A stretch of DNA of 62,967 nt, counting the filler, from Chiloscyllium plagiosum (lineage: Eukaryota): NCBI RefSeq assembly GCF_004010195.1. It is 4 parts of 2 records of this genome, joined end to end, with 100 filler letters (N's around TTAATTAATTAA, not from the genome) between each part and the next. Parts side by side here need not be neighbours in the genome. Positions count along the whole stretch, not along the records: positions 1 to 21,026 come from NC_057711.1; positions 21,127 to 34,450 come from NC_057711.1; 2 more parts are not named here. One strand, given 5' to 3'. Below the pieces are notes generated by a model, which saw only the letters and a list, made by a program, of their open reading frames with translations, did not search any database and was not told where the DNA came from. The position numbers were made by a program, and so were the translations under genes. Positions 12,336-23,629 of the stretch are shown piece after piece. The first letter of the stretch is position 1, and each line of letters starts with the position of its first letter.

Positions 12336-13362
12336 CATTCTCTTGCCGAAGCCAGGCTTGTTGTCAGGGCAGGATATGACACCCCCAACCCATTTCAATC
12401 AAACATTAAAAAGACAGGGCGGAACTTAATAACTCCATCAAGCCAGAAGTAGCAATGTGAAACTAGTCAACATTAGGCCTCCATTCAGTTACTGCAAACA
12501 TTGTGAAAACAACGACATAAAAAACTCATGATTCATTTGAGGTTCATACTATTCATGAACCCTTTCACCAGATTACCAATTGGTGCCAAAATTATTTTGG
12601 ACGTTTTAAGTCAAATTTTAAATTAATTTCTTGAACTCCATGGATGTTAACATGAGAAAGGTACATTACTTTACTGTTTTCTTTATAATCACAGTGTATC
12701 GTATCTTCCTCATTGGTGTAGACTATTCAAGCACAAATGCTTCATACTCTGTATATTGTGGTGTATTGGGATGTCTTGCATCCAGCATTTAAGATGACCA
12801 TGGTACAGATAGGGCAACAACACTGCACAGCACACTGCATGATGCTGATCACAGGCTCGGGTACAGTACCTACTCCAATGAGAAGTAACATCATGTGAGC
12901 CACAATGCATACAAAGCAGAAATGCATGATGGTAGCAAAGGAGAAACAGGAAGCTTGATCTCAGAGGACCAGTTCACTTCCTTCCTCAGCTGCTGTATTT
13001 CAGAATGCACCAGGGCTGCTCATAAAAAGAAATTATTATCTAATTGAGGTAACTGTATACAATTCACTTATATCTGCCTCAGAAAACCAGCATCATGCAG
13101 CGAAAAGTGTGCAGGATTCATTTATGCGTTCAAGCAAGCATTCATATACTTGCAGTCTCCAATGGTGCATGTGACGTGCCCAGTGGTAAATTGTTAAGAG
13201 TTCCTTCTTATTTCACAGAATCAGCAAAGGCCTAAGGTGTTACATACTTATAATCTGTATTTCATCAAGAAAGCTAATCTGTTTTTAAATTGAATCTTAC
13301 AAAACTTCTCCCAGCTCACCACAGCACAACAATGAGCGCCCCTCAAACTAAATGTTGAGGCA

Positions 13363-13720
13363 GAGAGGCAATGGCCTAGTGGTATTATCACTAAACAGTT
13401 AACCTACAGACCCAGGTAATATCCTGGGGACCAGAGTTCGAATCCCATTATAGCAGATGGTGTTGTTTGAACTCAGTTAAAATCTGGGAGTATGAGTTTA
13501 ATGATGACTGTGAATCCATTGTCGATTGTTGGGGAAAACCCATCTGGTTCACTAATGTCCTTTATGGAAGGAAACTACCATCTTTACCTGGTCTGGTCTC
13601 CATGCAACTCCAGACCCACAGCAATGCGGTCGACCCTTAACTGCCCTCTGGGCAATTAGGGACAGGCAATAAACAGTGGCTTGGCCAGCAATGTTCTCAT
13701 CCTGTCAATGAATAAAAGAA
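13363..13720 (+). mobile_element. Second tRNA-derived SINE family
   Basis: A box TGGCCTAGTGG, B box GTTCGAATCCC, core CCATCTGGTTCACTAATGTCC; related minus-strand copy at about 43810-44070. Confidence 0.75.
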
Positions 13721-14908
13721 GTTATAAAGGTTAATTGTCTCAATGTAAAAAAAATCTATTTCTCAGATAAAGACAAAGCCAATGCTTAGTATCAAAGCAT
13801 AATTTGCCTGTTTTTTTTAATAGTGGCCATCTTAAAGTTTTGATCAGTATAAAACAGACTGTGAGCAACAATTTTGTGCAGAACCTTCCCAGGAGGAACT
13901 GTGAGAGACCCCATCACAGAATGGCTTCCTAGCCAATGAAAACATAAGGAAGACGGCAGTACAGAAATCAATTGCTGTTTTGCCAAAAGACATCAGGCAA
14001 TCAGCAAGTGTCACAACAACAGATATAGGGAGGAATAAAAAACGTCTCTCTCTCTCTATATATCTCTGTCTGTCTCTCTCTCTCTCCCAAATCCTGTTGA
14101 CTGGCTAAATCCAGCCAAACAATAATACTCAGTACAGAATCCATCACAGCTGCTGAATTATACTCAAGTTCTGAACCCCTTCACTTTGGAAATACTTTCA
14201 AGTGAGCCAGGCCTGCAACATTCTTACAGCTTGATCTTACTTTCATCTTTGCAAGTTACCCTTTAACTATTTTTAATCTTTTTAGCTAATAATCTTACCC
14301 CGTACCTGAATACCTACCATTGTAGTTTTGCAAGAAACTAAGCTTTGTCTCGTTTAAAACTAAACTTTATTGCTTTTTTGTATATTCAAGCACTTGGCAA
14401 TTATAAGGGAGCTATAAATGTGCTGTAAAATTTACACTTCAATAAACTATTCAGGGAATATACCTTTGATTGTGACAATTAAGGGCTCATCTGGAGTCGT
14501 ACCCATTGCAAAATAAAGTCAAACTTGTACTAAACGTCATAACTGTATCTACTGTGGAAAGAACCAAATTTTGGGCTGCAAATAATTTGTAAGTTGAAAG
14601 GAACTGACAGTTCGAACTGAAACAAAACCACAAGTTATTGCAGCAAGCTTAGAGATAAAAATATTAACAATGACTTAAAATGGCAACTTCTGTTGCACAA
14701 GAGTTTATTGATCAGAAGGGTTGAAATTAGCAAGAGTTAACATCCACAAATAAGAAATGTTTAAATGATTTCTAATCAGGTGGCCTTAAGATGTAATGAC
14801 TGTGATGAGGCCAGCCAGGTCAGTCTCATTGAAGATGAGTTCCCTTGTTGGGGCTGTTAACCTGGTCCAATCAGGGAGCCCTGGCTGACATATAAGAACA
14901 GGAGTGTC

Positions 14909-15271
14909 GCGGTGTCCACCAACACCCTGGAGTTGTTCAGGGAGAGGTGGGCGCCGCAGGGAGTGGAGTGCATCATTTCTCCCTCCAACTCTCTTTTGAT
15001 TTAGTCCCTACCCTCCCCTTCACTGTTTTGATCACACAGCACTGCCCTCTGATGTGAAGGGCAGTGTTTGTCACTGGCCACCCGGGTGTTTTCCTATCTT
15101 CCTGGTGGTGGAAATTGAATAAAGATTCGTGCACTTTGTGTCTTTCACTGTGTCTCACACCTGCACACACACACACCATGGGTGCTGGGGATAAAATAAG
15201 CACTACCGCACTTAGGTGGTAGTGTGGGGGTTAAATTATTAAAAAGAAAAAAAAAGAAAAGATAAAAAAAA
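14909..15271 (+). mobile_element. 5'-truncated Tx1/L1-like non-LTR retrotransposon, copy 1
   Basis: ORF2 C-terminus AVSTNTLELFRERWAPQGVECIISPSNSLLI*, 3'UTR with AATAAA, hairpin CACTACC/GGTAGTG (15201-15224), poly(A); flanked by AAGAACAGGAGTGTC. Confidence 0.8.
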
Positions 15272-15289
15272 AAGAACAGGAGTGTCAGA

Positions 15290-15592
15290 GCCCGGGTGTC
15301 CTTGGAGAAGGAGCACGCGGTGTCCACCAACACCCTGGAGTTGTTCAGGGAGAGGTGGGCGCCGCAGGGAGTGGAGTGCATCATTTCTCCCTCCAACTCT
15401 ATTTTGATTTAGTCCCTACCCTCCTCCTCACTGTTTTGATCACACAGCACTGCCCTTTGATGTGAAGGGCAGTGTTTGTCACTGGCCACCCGGGTGTTTT
15501 CCTATCTTCCTGGTGGTGGAAATTGAATAAAGATTGGGTGCACTTTGTGTCTTTCACTGTGTCTCACACCTGCACACACACACACACAAAAA
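15290..15592 (+). mobile_element. 5'-truncated Tx1/L1-like non-LTR retrotransposon, copy 2
   Basis: ARVSLEKEHAVSTNTLELFRERWAPQGVECIISPSNSILI*, 3'UTR ending (CA)n then A-tail; flanked by AAGAACAGGAGTGTCAGA. Confidence 0.8.
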
Positions 15593-16461
15593 AAGAACAG
15601 GAGTGTCAGACATCCTGTTCACTCTGAGAGCTGGCTCTGAGGGAGCTGGATCATTGTTAAGGACTTTTCATGTGTAAATACAGAGGGACTTGGTGACAAG
15701 ATACTGACCTCTGTGGAGTTATTTCATAGGATCTGCTCTAAAACAAAGAGGATTCTGGAGAATTCTGGCTAAGAATTTTATATTCAATCTATCGTCATAA
15801 CTGACAGCAGAAACTGTATCACTCTGGGTTATTTTATTCCAAGTAGAACTCGAAAATTGGAAACTGAACTGGAGTTTAAAGCTCGAGAAAAGGAGCTAGA
15901 ATTTCAGGCACAGAAAGAAAGAGAGAATTAAGAGGAGAAGAAGATAAAAAGGAAATTCCATTCACAGAAACAGGAATTGGAGCTGCAAGCACAGAAATAC
16001 AGAGACTGAAGGCAATTTAAACTGATGGGGAAAATCTTGCTCCACTGATAGCAGCTCATAACCTTGAAATGGGCCCCAAAGCTCTACATTTGTTTTCAGA
16101 TTGGAAGAGAGGAGTATAGAATTCATCCTCACTGCTTTAAAAATGCCGATCAACTTCAATTAGCCCAAGAGATGTGGGACACTACTGATCCTGGGTCAGT
16201 TCACAGGAAATGCCCAACCCTGCAGTGACTGCTGATTACAAACAGACTAAGGATGCAATGCTTAGCGCCTATGAACTTGTGCCAGATGCATACCATCAGC
16301 AATTACAGCATTAACGTGAAAAGTCCACGGCAAAGTATCTGCAATTTGAAAGAATGAAAGAGATTGCATTAGACCGATGAATGAGTAAAACGAGACTGTA
16401 CTACTAGGGAATAAAGAAATTAACATAGTTAGAGGAATTCAAAAATATCTCTTGTATAACA

Positions 16462-16782
16462 GATAGAAGCGATGAGGAATTTGCAACAGCAACAGTATGT
16501 AATGGATGGCAGTTATAGGAAGGGGGGAAAGTCTCAGATACAGTCACATAGATGGGTTAACTCCAGCAAGGGTGAGAGAGGTCGGCACCTAGGGCAGGAG
16601 TCTTTTGTGGATATACCCATTTCAAACAGGTATGCTGTTTTGGAAAATGTAGGGGGTGATGGATTCTCAGGGGAACATAGCACAAACAGTCAAGTTTCTG
16701 GTATTGAGACTGGCTCTAATGCAACGAGGGGTACGTCAGCTTCCAAGAGATCAATTGTGTTAGGGGATTCTGTAGTCCGAGG
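16462..16782 (+). mobile_element. CR1 LINE ORF1 fragment, up to the start of the esterase domain
   Basis: IPISNRYAVL...IVLGDSVVRG (SGNH esterase block I of CR1 ORF1). Confidence 0.85.
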
Positions 16783-16818
16783 TTTCCTGATGAAGGGCTT
16801 TTGCCCGAAATGTCGATT
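16783..16818 (+). ncRNA. Minimal type I hammerhead ribozyme motif in a Penelope terminal fragment (16783-16912)
   Basis: CTGATGA-A-GGGC-TTTT-GCCC-GAAA-TGTC. Confidence 0.65.
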
Positions 16819-17034
16819 TCGAAGCTCCTTGGATGCTGCCTGAACTGCTGTGCTCTTCCAGCACCACTAATCCAGAATCTGGTTTCCAGCATCTGCAGTC
16901 ATTGTTTTTACCCCTTACTAAGTAGTAGAAGACAGAAAGTTGGGAGTAGAGGATATTTTCAGGATGGAAACTAATAACTAGTTGAGTGTCACAGACATCA
17001 GTGCTGGGGCCACATTTGTTTACAATATATACTG

Positions 17035-17342
17035 TGGGCGGCATGGTGGCACAGTGGTTAGCACTGCTGCCTCACAGCTCCAGAGACCCGGGTTCAATTC
17101 CCGCCTCAGGCTGTGTGGAGTTTACACGTTCTCCCCGTGTCTGCATGGGTTTCCTCCGGGTGCTCCGGTTTCCTCCCACCATCCAAAGATGTGCAGGGTC
17201 AGGTGAATTGGCCATGCTAAATTGCCTGTAGTGTTAGGTAAGGGGTAAATGTAGGGGTATGGGTGAGTTTCGCTTCGGCGGGTCGGTGTGGACTTGTTGG
17301 GCCGAAGGGTCTGTTTGCACACTGTAATCTAATCTAATCTAA
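17035..17342 (+). mobile_element. HE1-like SINE
   Basis: Matches the 8242 copy. Confidence 0.9.
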
Positions 17343-17464
17343 ATATTAATGACTTGGATGAGGAAAGTAAATGTGCTAGCACCAAGTTTGCAGACAACAC
17401 AAAAAGAAGTCCGAAGGCAAGTGGTGACGGTGTTGCAAGGAGTCTGTAAAAGGATATAGACTAG

Positions 17465-18212
17465 TCCCACCCTCCCTTCCTGGCACCCTCCCTGCCACTG
17501 CAGGAATTGCTGTGCCCACACCTCCTCCCTCACCTGCATCCAAGGCCCCAAAGGAGCCTTCCACATCCATCAAAGTTTTACCTGCACATCCACCAATATC
17601 ATTTATAGTATCTGCTGCTCCCGATGCGGTCTCCTCTACATTGGGGAGACTGGGCGCCTCCTAGCAGAGCGCTTTAGGGAACATCTCCGGGACACCTGCA
17701 CCAATCAACCACACCGCCCTTTGACCCACCATTTCAACTCCCCCTCCCACTCAGCCGAGGACATGGAGGTCCTGGGCCTCCTTCACCGCCGCTCCCTCAC
17801 CACTCGACACCTGGAGGAAGAATGCCTCATCTTCCGCCTCGGAACACTTCAACCCCAGGGCATCAATGTGGATTTCACCAGTTTCCTCATTTGCCCTTCC
17901 CCCACCTCATCCCAGCTCCAGCCTTCCAGCTCAGCACCACCCTCATGAGCTGTCCTACCTGCCTATCTTCCTTTCCACCTATCCACTCCATCCTCCTCTC
18001 TGACCTATCACCTTCATCCCCACCCCAATTCACCCATTGTACTCTGTGCTACTTTCTACCCACCACCATCCTCCTCTCACTTATCTCTCCACCCTGCAGG
18101 CTCTCTGCCTCCATTCCTGATGAAGGGCTTTTGCCCGAAACGTCGATTTTCCTGCTCCTCGGATGCTGCCTGACCTGCTGTGCTTTTCCAGCACCACTCT
18201 AATTTAGACTCT
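17465..18212 (+). mobile_element. Penelope-like element, GIY-YIG endonuclease region and terminal repeat
   Basis: NIIYSICCSRCGLLYIGETGRLLAERFREH...EEECLIFRLGTLQPQGIN translation. Confidence 0.9.
18113..18148 (+). ncRNA. Minimal type I hammerhead ribozyme motif with intact core
   Basis: CTGATGA (18117-18123), stem II GGGC/TTTT/GCCC, GAAAC, palindromic ACGT stem III, GTC cleavage triplet. Confidence 0.75.
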
Positions 18213-18522
18213 AGTTACGCTAGTGGGCATTAACATGACAGAGGAATATAATGTGGGAAAGTGTGAGATTATACACATTGACAGGAAGAATTAAAAAACT
18301 GAATATTATTTAAATGGAGAAAGAGTGTGGAAATAAATCGCATCGAGGGATATGAGCGTGCAGCTAGCACACACATTTATCAGGTAATGGGAAATACAAA
18401 TGGACTGGAATGGAATATAACAATAGGGGACATTTTTAAGGCTACACAAGAAAGTGGTTGGACTACACCTGGAACAGTGTTAGTCTCTTTATCTAAAGCT
18501 AGATATAATGGCATTGGAGACA

Positions 18523-19333
18523 GATTAGATTCACTACAGTGAGGAAACAGACCATTCAGCCCAACAAGTCCACATCGAGCCTCTGAAGAGTAACCCATCC
18601 AGCCCCATTCCCCCACCCTATATTTATCTCAGACTCGTGCACCAAACACAATGGCCACCTAAATTGCACCTTTTTGGATTGTGGGAGGAAACCCACGCAG
18701 ACATGGAGAGTATGTGCAAACCCACGCAGACATGGGGAGTATGTGCAAACCCACGTAGACATGGGGAGTATGTGCAAACCCACACAGGCATGGAGAGTAT
18801 GTGCAAACCCTCGCAGACATGGGGAGTATGTGCAAACCCACACAGACATGGAGAGTATGTGCAAACCCACGCAGACATGGGGAGTATGTGCAAACCCACG
18901 CAGACATGGAGAGTCTGTGCAAACCCACACAGACATGGGGAGTATGTGCAAACCCACACAGACATGGGGAGTAATTGCAAACCCACGCAGACATGGAGAG
19001 TATGTGCAAACCCACACAGACATGGGGAGTAATTGCAAACCCACGCAGACATGGGGAGTATGTGCAAACCCACACAGACATGGGGAGTAATTGCAAACCC
19101 ACGCAGACATGGGGAGTATGTGCAAACCCACACAGACATGGGGAGTAATTGCAAACCCACGCAGACATGGGGAGTATGTGCAAACCCACGCAGACATGGA
19201 GAGTATGTGCAAACCCACGCAGACATGGAGAGTATGTGCAAATTCCACGCAGACAGTCACCTGAGGCAGGAATGGAACACGAGTCCCTGGCGCTGTGAGG
19301 CAGCAGTGCTAACCACTGAGCCACTGTGCCGTC
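18523..19333 (-). mobile_element. HE1-like SINE with an internal minisatellite expansion
   Basis: SINE head at 19240-19333 and tail at 18523-18690 flank the array. Confidence 0.88.
18690..19240. repeat. 29-bp minisatellite (about 19 copies) derived from SINE body
   Basis: Unit AACCCAC(G/A)CAGACATGG(G/A)GAGTA(TG/AT)TGCA, period 29. Confidence 0.95.
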
Positions 19334-19849
19334 ACAGTCCAGAGAGGGTTTGCTAGGTTGATCCTGGGTATGATGGAAATTTCTTATGAGGAGAGGTTGA
19401 GTAGGTTGAGCTTGTACTTATTGGAGTTTAGACGAATGACAAGTAACCTTATTGAAATATACAAGATTCCTAAAGAACTTCAGAGGGTAGATGCAGAGAG
19501 GTTGTTTCCCCTTAAGGGAGAGTCTGAGACCAAAAGGTATAATCTCAAAGTAGGGAGTGGTCTTTTTAAGACAGAGATGAGGAGGACAGTGGATCTGTGG
19601 AATTCTTTTACCACAGATCAACTGTTAAGGCTGGGTCATTAAGTATATTCAAGGCTGAGATTTACAGATTTTCAATCAGTCAGTCTATCAAGAGCAATGG
19701 GGAGAAAGTAGGAAAGTGGAATTGAGACATCAGATCAGCCATGATCCTGTTGAATAGTGGAGCTATCCGATGGGCTGAATAGCCTACTTCTGTTTATATG
19801 TCTAATGACCTGATTGTCTTCCCCTGGACTTTGGAAGCAATGGAAGCCA

Positions 19850-20237
19850 TTTCCCCATTTCACAGAAAATTCTAGGAGACTTCTTTTGCCTTCCTTTCTG
19901 TTGGCATAATGGTTACAACTTCAGTGATTATGAACACCAATGGTGCAGAGATTATCTGTGGCTTTATTTGAATGCCAGTAATGTTCCTTTGTATTTCCTC
20001 ATTTACCATAATTAAAATGGACAAGGGACAGTTCTGTAGTTCTTGTGAAAGGTTTTCCTGTTTTCCATATTCTACTTTTCTTTAGGATCTATTTCATCCT
20101 CTGGTCTCCCTCCTATCTTTGCCTCACTGATACAGACTATTTGATCCATGTATGCAAGGATTCTGCAGTTTGATGGTCCTCAGAATTGACGGCAGCTGTG
20201 CTGGCTGAGGTAACCCTTTACTGCCCAACGTGCATTT
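19850..20237 (-). mobile_element. Inverted continuation of the Gmr1-like gag remnant
   Basis: Minus strand reads MHVGQ*RVTSASTAAV and a decayed zinc knuckle FNYGK*GNTKEHYW (about 19970-20020). Confidence 0.6.
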
Positions 20238-20381
20238 TGAAAGAATGAAAGAGATTGCATTAGACCGATGAATGAGTAAAACGAGACTGTACTACTAGGG
20301 AATAAAGAAATTAACATAGTTAGAGGAATTCAAAAATATCTCCTGTATAACATTAAATGCACGTTGGGCAGTAAAGGGTTA

Positions 20382-21026
20382 CCTGGTGCCAGGATCAAGG
20401 ATGTCTCAGAGAGGGTGCAGAATGTTCTCACGGGGGAGAGGGGCCAGCAGGAGGTCATTGTCCACATTGGAACCAACGATATAGGAAGGGTAAAGGTTGA
20501 GATTCTGAAGGGAGATTACAGAGAGTTAGGCAGAAATTTAAAAAGGAGGTCCTCAAGGGTAGTAATATCTGGATTACTCCCAGTTCTACGAACTAGTGAG
20601 GGCAGGAATAGGAGGATAGAGCAGATGAATGCAAGGCTGAGGAGGTGGTGTATGGGAGAAGGATCATTGGAATCTCTTTTGGGATAGAAGTGACCTGTAC
20701 AAGAAGGACGGATTGCACCTAAATTGGAAGGGGACTAATATACTGGCAGGAAATTTGCTAAAACTGCTTGGGAGGATTTAAACTAGTAAGGTGGGGGGGG
20801 TGTGGGACCCAGGGAGATAGTGAGGAAAGAGATCGATCTGAGACGGGTACAGTTGAGAACAGAAATGAGTCAAACAGTCAGGGCAGACAGGGACAAGGTA
20901 GGACAAATAAATTAAACTGCATTTATTTCAATGCAAGGGGCCTAACAGGGAAGGCAGATGAACTCAGGGCATGGTTAGGAACATGGGACTGGGATATCAT
21001 AGCAATTACAGAAACATGGCTCAGGG
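20382..21026 (+). mobile_element. CR1 LINE ORF1 esterase C-terminal part and ORF2 start (APE endonuclease)
   Basis: PGARIKDV..VIVHIGTNDIGR; LNCIYFNARGLTGKADEL..DIIAITETWL. Confidence 0.92.
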
Positions 21027-21126
21027 NNNNNNNNNNNNNNNNNNNNNNNNNNNNNNNNNNNNNNNNNNNNTTAATTAATTAANNNNNNNNNNNNNNNNNN
21101 NNNNNNNNNNNNNNNNNNNNNNNNNN
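21027..21126. other. Artificial scaffold-joining spacer
   Basis: 44 N + TTAATTAATTAA (stops in all six frames) + 44 N. Confidence 0.97.
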
Positions 21127-22279
21127 GATTCTCAAAATAATGGGAGATGCAGTTGGTACTAATTTACAACAACACGATTAACAGTGGAAGATGGAGTGAG
21201 AAAGAAAGCCTTAATCTGAGGTACTCTGCATTGATGTGAATACTCAGAGTCTGGGGCGTTCCAAATGCAGATTAGTGTGTGGAAATCTGATGTACTGATC
21301 ACCGAGAGTTGGCTCGAGGATGTCAGGACTGGGTGTTAAATATTGCTGGGGATAAAGGATTCCAAAATGACGAAGGGAAGAGAAAGAATGAAGGTAGAAG
21401 TGCTGGTTGAGATTAGCGTTAGTTAAGGAGTCCAAGAGAAAGAGGATCCATCCAAGGACACAATGAATTTGGCTGGAGGTACAGAACAAAAAGTGTACAA
21501 TTAAACTGTGAGGTACAGTCTATCAGGCAGCAACCATTGGAAATGATGGAGAGAATAAATATTCAGGGGCATTTGAGAGTGATGACAATACTACAGATTA
21601 GTTATACTGAGAAACTTAATTTATCCAAATATTGACTTGGTTATTGGTGGTGCAGGGTCATGAGGGGCCAGTATCCCTGGATTATATGGAGGAGAGCACA
21701 CTTCAGGTGTATGTGTCCAGCCCAAGAGAGCATGTACTGTTGGACCTGGTCCTTGGGGAAGAGATGGGGCAAGTGGATCCAGTGTCGGTAGGGGAACGTT
21801 TTGGGGGGCAGCGATCATTTTTTTTTTGTAAAGTGCAGAATGATGGTAGAGAATGATATGCAATAATTGAGAGTGAGAAATATTAGTTGACTGAGAGCAG
21901 CCTTCAAAAAGGCAAGAATGAAGCCGGGAGCTTGTCAACAAGGCCAGTGAAATGGTAGCTGTAAATAGCTAGGTCAGATGGAGCTGGGATTGTGGAGATG
22001 TGGCTGCAGTGTGACCACGACTGGGAACTGGATAATCAAAGGTTTTCCCCATTTCTACAGGAAGGATAAATAGGCCAACACAGTGAAGTAGTATTGTGTA
22101 TAAAGGATGGGATCAGTATTATTGTGACGTTAATCAATTCACACACTGCTCCTCCCTGTCCTCGTCCCTCATCACTGCGTATTGATCCTATCAGATATTG
22201 GTAACCTTTGAAAACTTCAGCAAATAGCACAGTATAGAGGAGATGACTCTGTCCACTGTCTGCATTTGTCAAGATGTAA

Positions 22280-23129
22280 CGTTTGTTAAAGCCCTAGTTC
22301 TGTCTCCCCAGGCAGTGTAGGACTTCAGGTGCAGATCCCGGCCCCTTTTTAAAATGGTTTGAGGATTTCTGCATCTACCCCGCTTCCATGTGTGACTCCC
22401 AGGCCCCGACCATACTCTGGGTGAAATAACAACTTTCCTCACCACTTCTCTAATATTTCATCCAATTACATTAAAGATTCACCGCTGGTAATTGAGCTCT
22501 CTAACAGCAACAAGATGTTGTCTCCCTTTCTACCCATGTCCCTGACAATATGTACACTCCAATCAAATCTCCTCTCAGCATCCTCCGTTCCAATCTTTCC
22601 TCATAACTGCACTTCCTCGTTCACAGGGTGAGGAATCTCCTCTGTACCCTCTCCAGTCCAATTCCATCCTTCCATGTGATGCAGTGACCAGAACTGTACA
22701 CAGTCCCCAAGCTGTGACTGAACTCATTACTTACACAGTTCCTGCATAAGCTTCCTGCTCTGAAGTACATTATTTTGTCTGGAGGAAATAATGCCATTTG
22801 CTACATTAACGAGATTATTGATGTTCCAGACCGACTGTCCTGGAGTCCCTGGGACTTCCTCAGTGACTGTTTATCCACTGTCTCAGAATTCCAGCCTTGA
22901 TATTATCAGTCAGTCCCTTGCTCCACATTAAACAAAGCTGCGGTGTTAGCCGTTCTCCAGTCCTCCGGCACCATCCCTGTATCCAGTGAGGATTGGATAA
23001 TTTGGGTAACTATAAGGAAGCAAATTTTCCCCGGCTTCTATTAACAGTCTGGAACATTGTGTTACCCCATTTTAACGATTTGAATGTCCTGTATAGTTCT
23101 CCACTCCAAGTTTGTCGCTCCCAATATTT
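22280..23129 (-). mobile_element. Degenerate CR1 LINE fragments
   Basis: Reverse-complement CR1 ORF2 motifs such as CTGTACCCTCTCCAGT, GACCAGAACTGTACACAGT and CTCCAGTCCTCCGGCACC. Confidence 0.6.
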
Positions 23130-23629
23130 NNNNNNNNNNNNNNNNNNNNNNNNNNNNNNNNNNNNNNNNNNNNNNNNNNNNNNNNNNNNNNNNNNNNNNN
23201 NNNNNNNNNNNNNNNNNNNNNNNNNNNNNNNNNNNNNNNNNNNNNNNNNNNNNNNNNNNNNNNNNNNNNNNNNNNNNNNNNNNNNNNNNNNNNNNNNNNN
23301 NNNNNNNNNNNNNNNNNNNNNNNNNNNNNNNNNNNNNNNNNNNNNNNNNNNNNNNNNNNNNNNNNNNNNNNNNNNNNNNNNNNNNNNNNNNNNNNNNNNN
23401 NNNNNNNNNNNNNNNNNNNNNNNNNNNNNNNNNNNNNNNNNNNNNNNNNNNNNNNNNNNNNNNNNNNNNNNNNNNNNNNNNNNNNNNNNNNNNNNNNNNN
23501 NNNNNNNNNNNNNNNNNNNNNNNNNNNNNNNNNNNNNNNNNNNNNNNNNNNNNNNNNNNNNNNNNNNNNNNNNNNNNNNNNNNNNNNNNNNNNNNNNNNN
23601 NNNNNNNNNNNNNNNNNNNNNNNNNNNNN

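Larger units (their letters stand above)
14792..15726 (+). mobile_element. Solo LTR (TG...CA) nested in the Gypsy remnant and interrupted by two non-LTR insertions
   Basis: Starts TGTAATG and ends TTATTTCA; flanked by TAAGA/TAGGA (5-bp TSD, 1 mismatch); CCAAT and TATAA motifs at about 14866 and 14891. Confidence 0.75.
13860..16461 (+). mobile_element. Degenerate Gmr1-like Ty3/Gypsy LTR retrotransposon (putative 5' LTR, PBS, gag remnant)
   Basis: LTR-like end TGTGACA at 14477 followed by ATTAAGGGCTCATCTGGA, resembling the tRNA-Asp PBS TGGGGGCTCGTCCGGGA; gag remnant DYKQTKDAMLSAYELVPDAYHQQL at about 16235-16305. Left boundary uncertain. Confidence 0.65.
16920..19810 (+). mobile_element. Degenerate CR1 ORF2 3' half interrupted by a SINE, a Penelope element and a second SINE
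   Basis: SVLGPHLFTIY..INDLDE..KFAD motifs; ISYEERLSRLSLYLLEFRRM near 19370. Confidence 0.75.

Noticed and set aside
12710..12930. Cys/His-rich short ORFs in unique sequence
   Set aside because: No recognisable domain or convincing splice sites.
18556..19356. Several 100-230 aa ORFs on both strands
   Set aside because: They are translations of the stop-poor 29-bp minisatellite.
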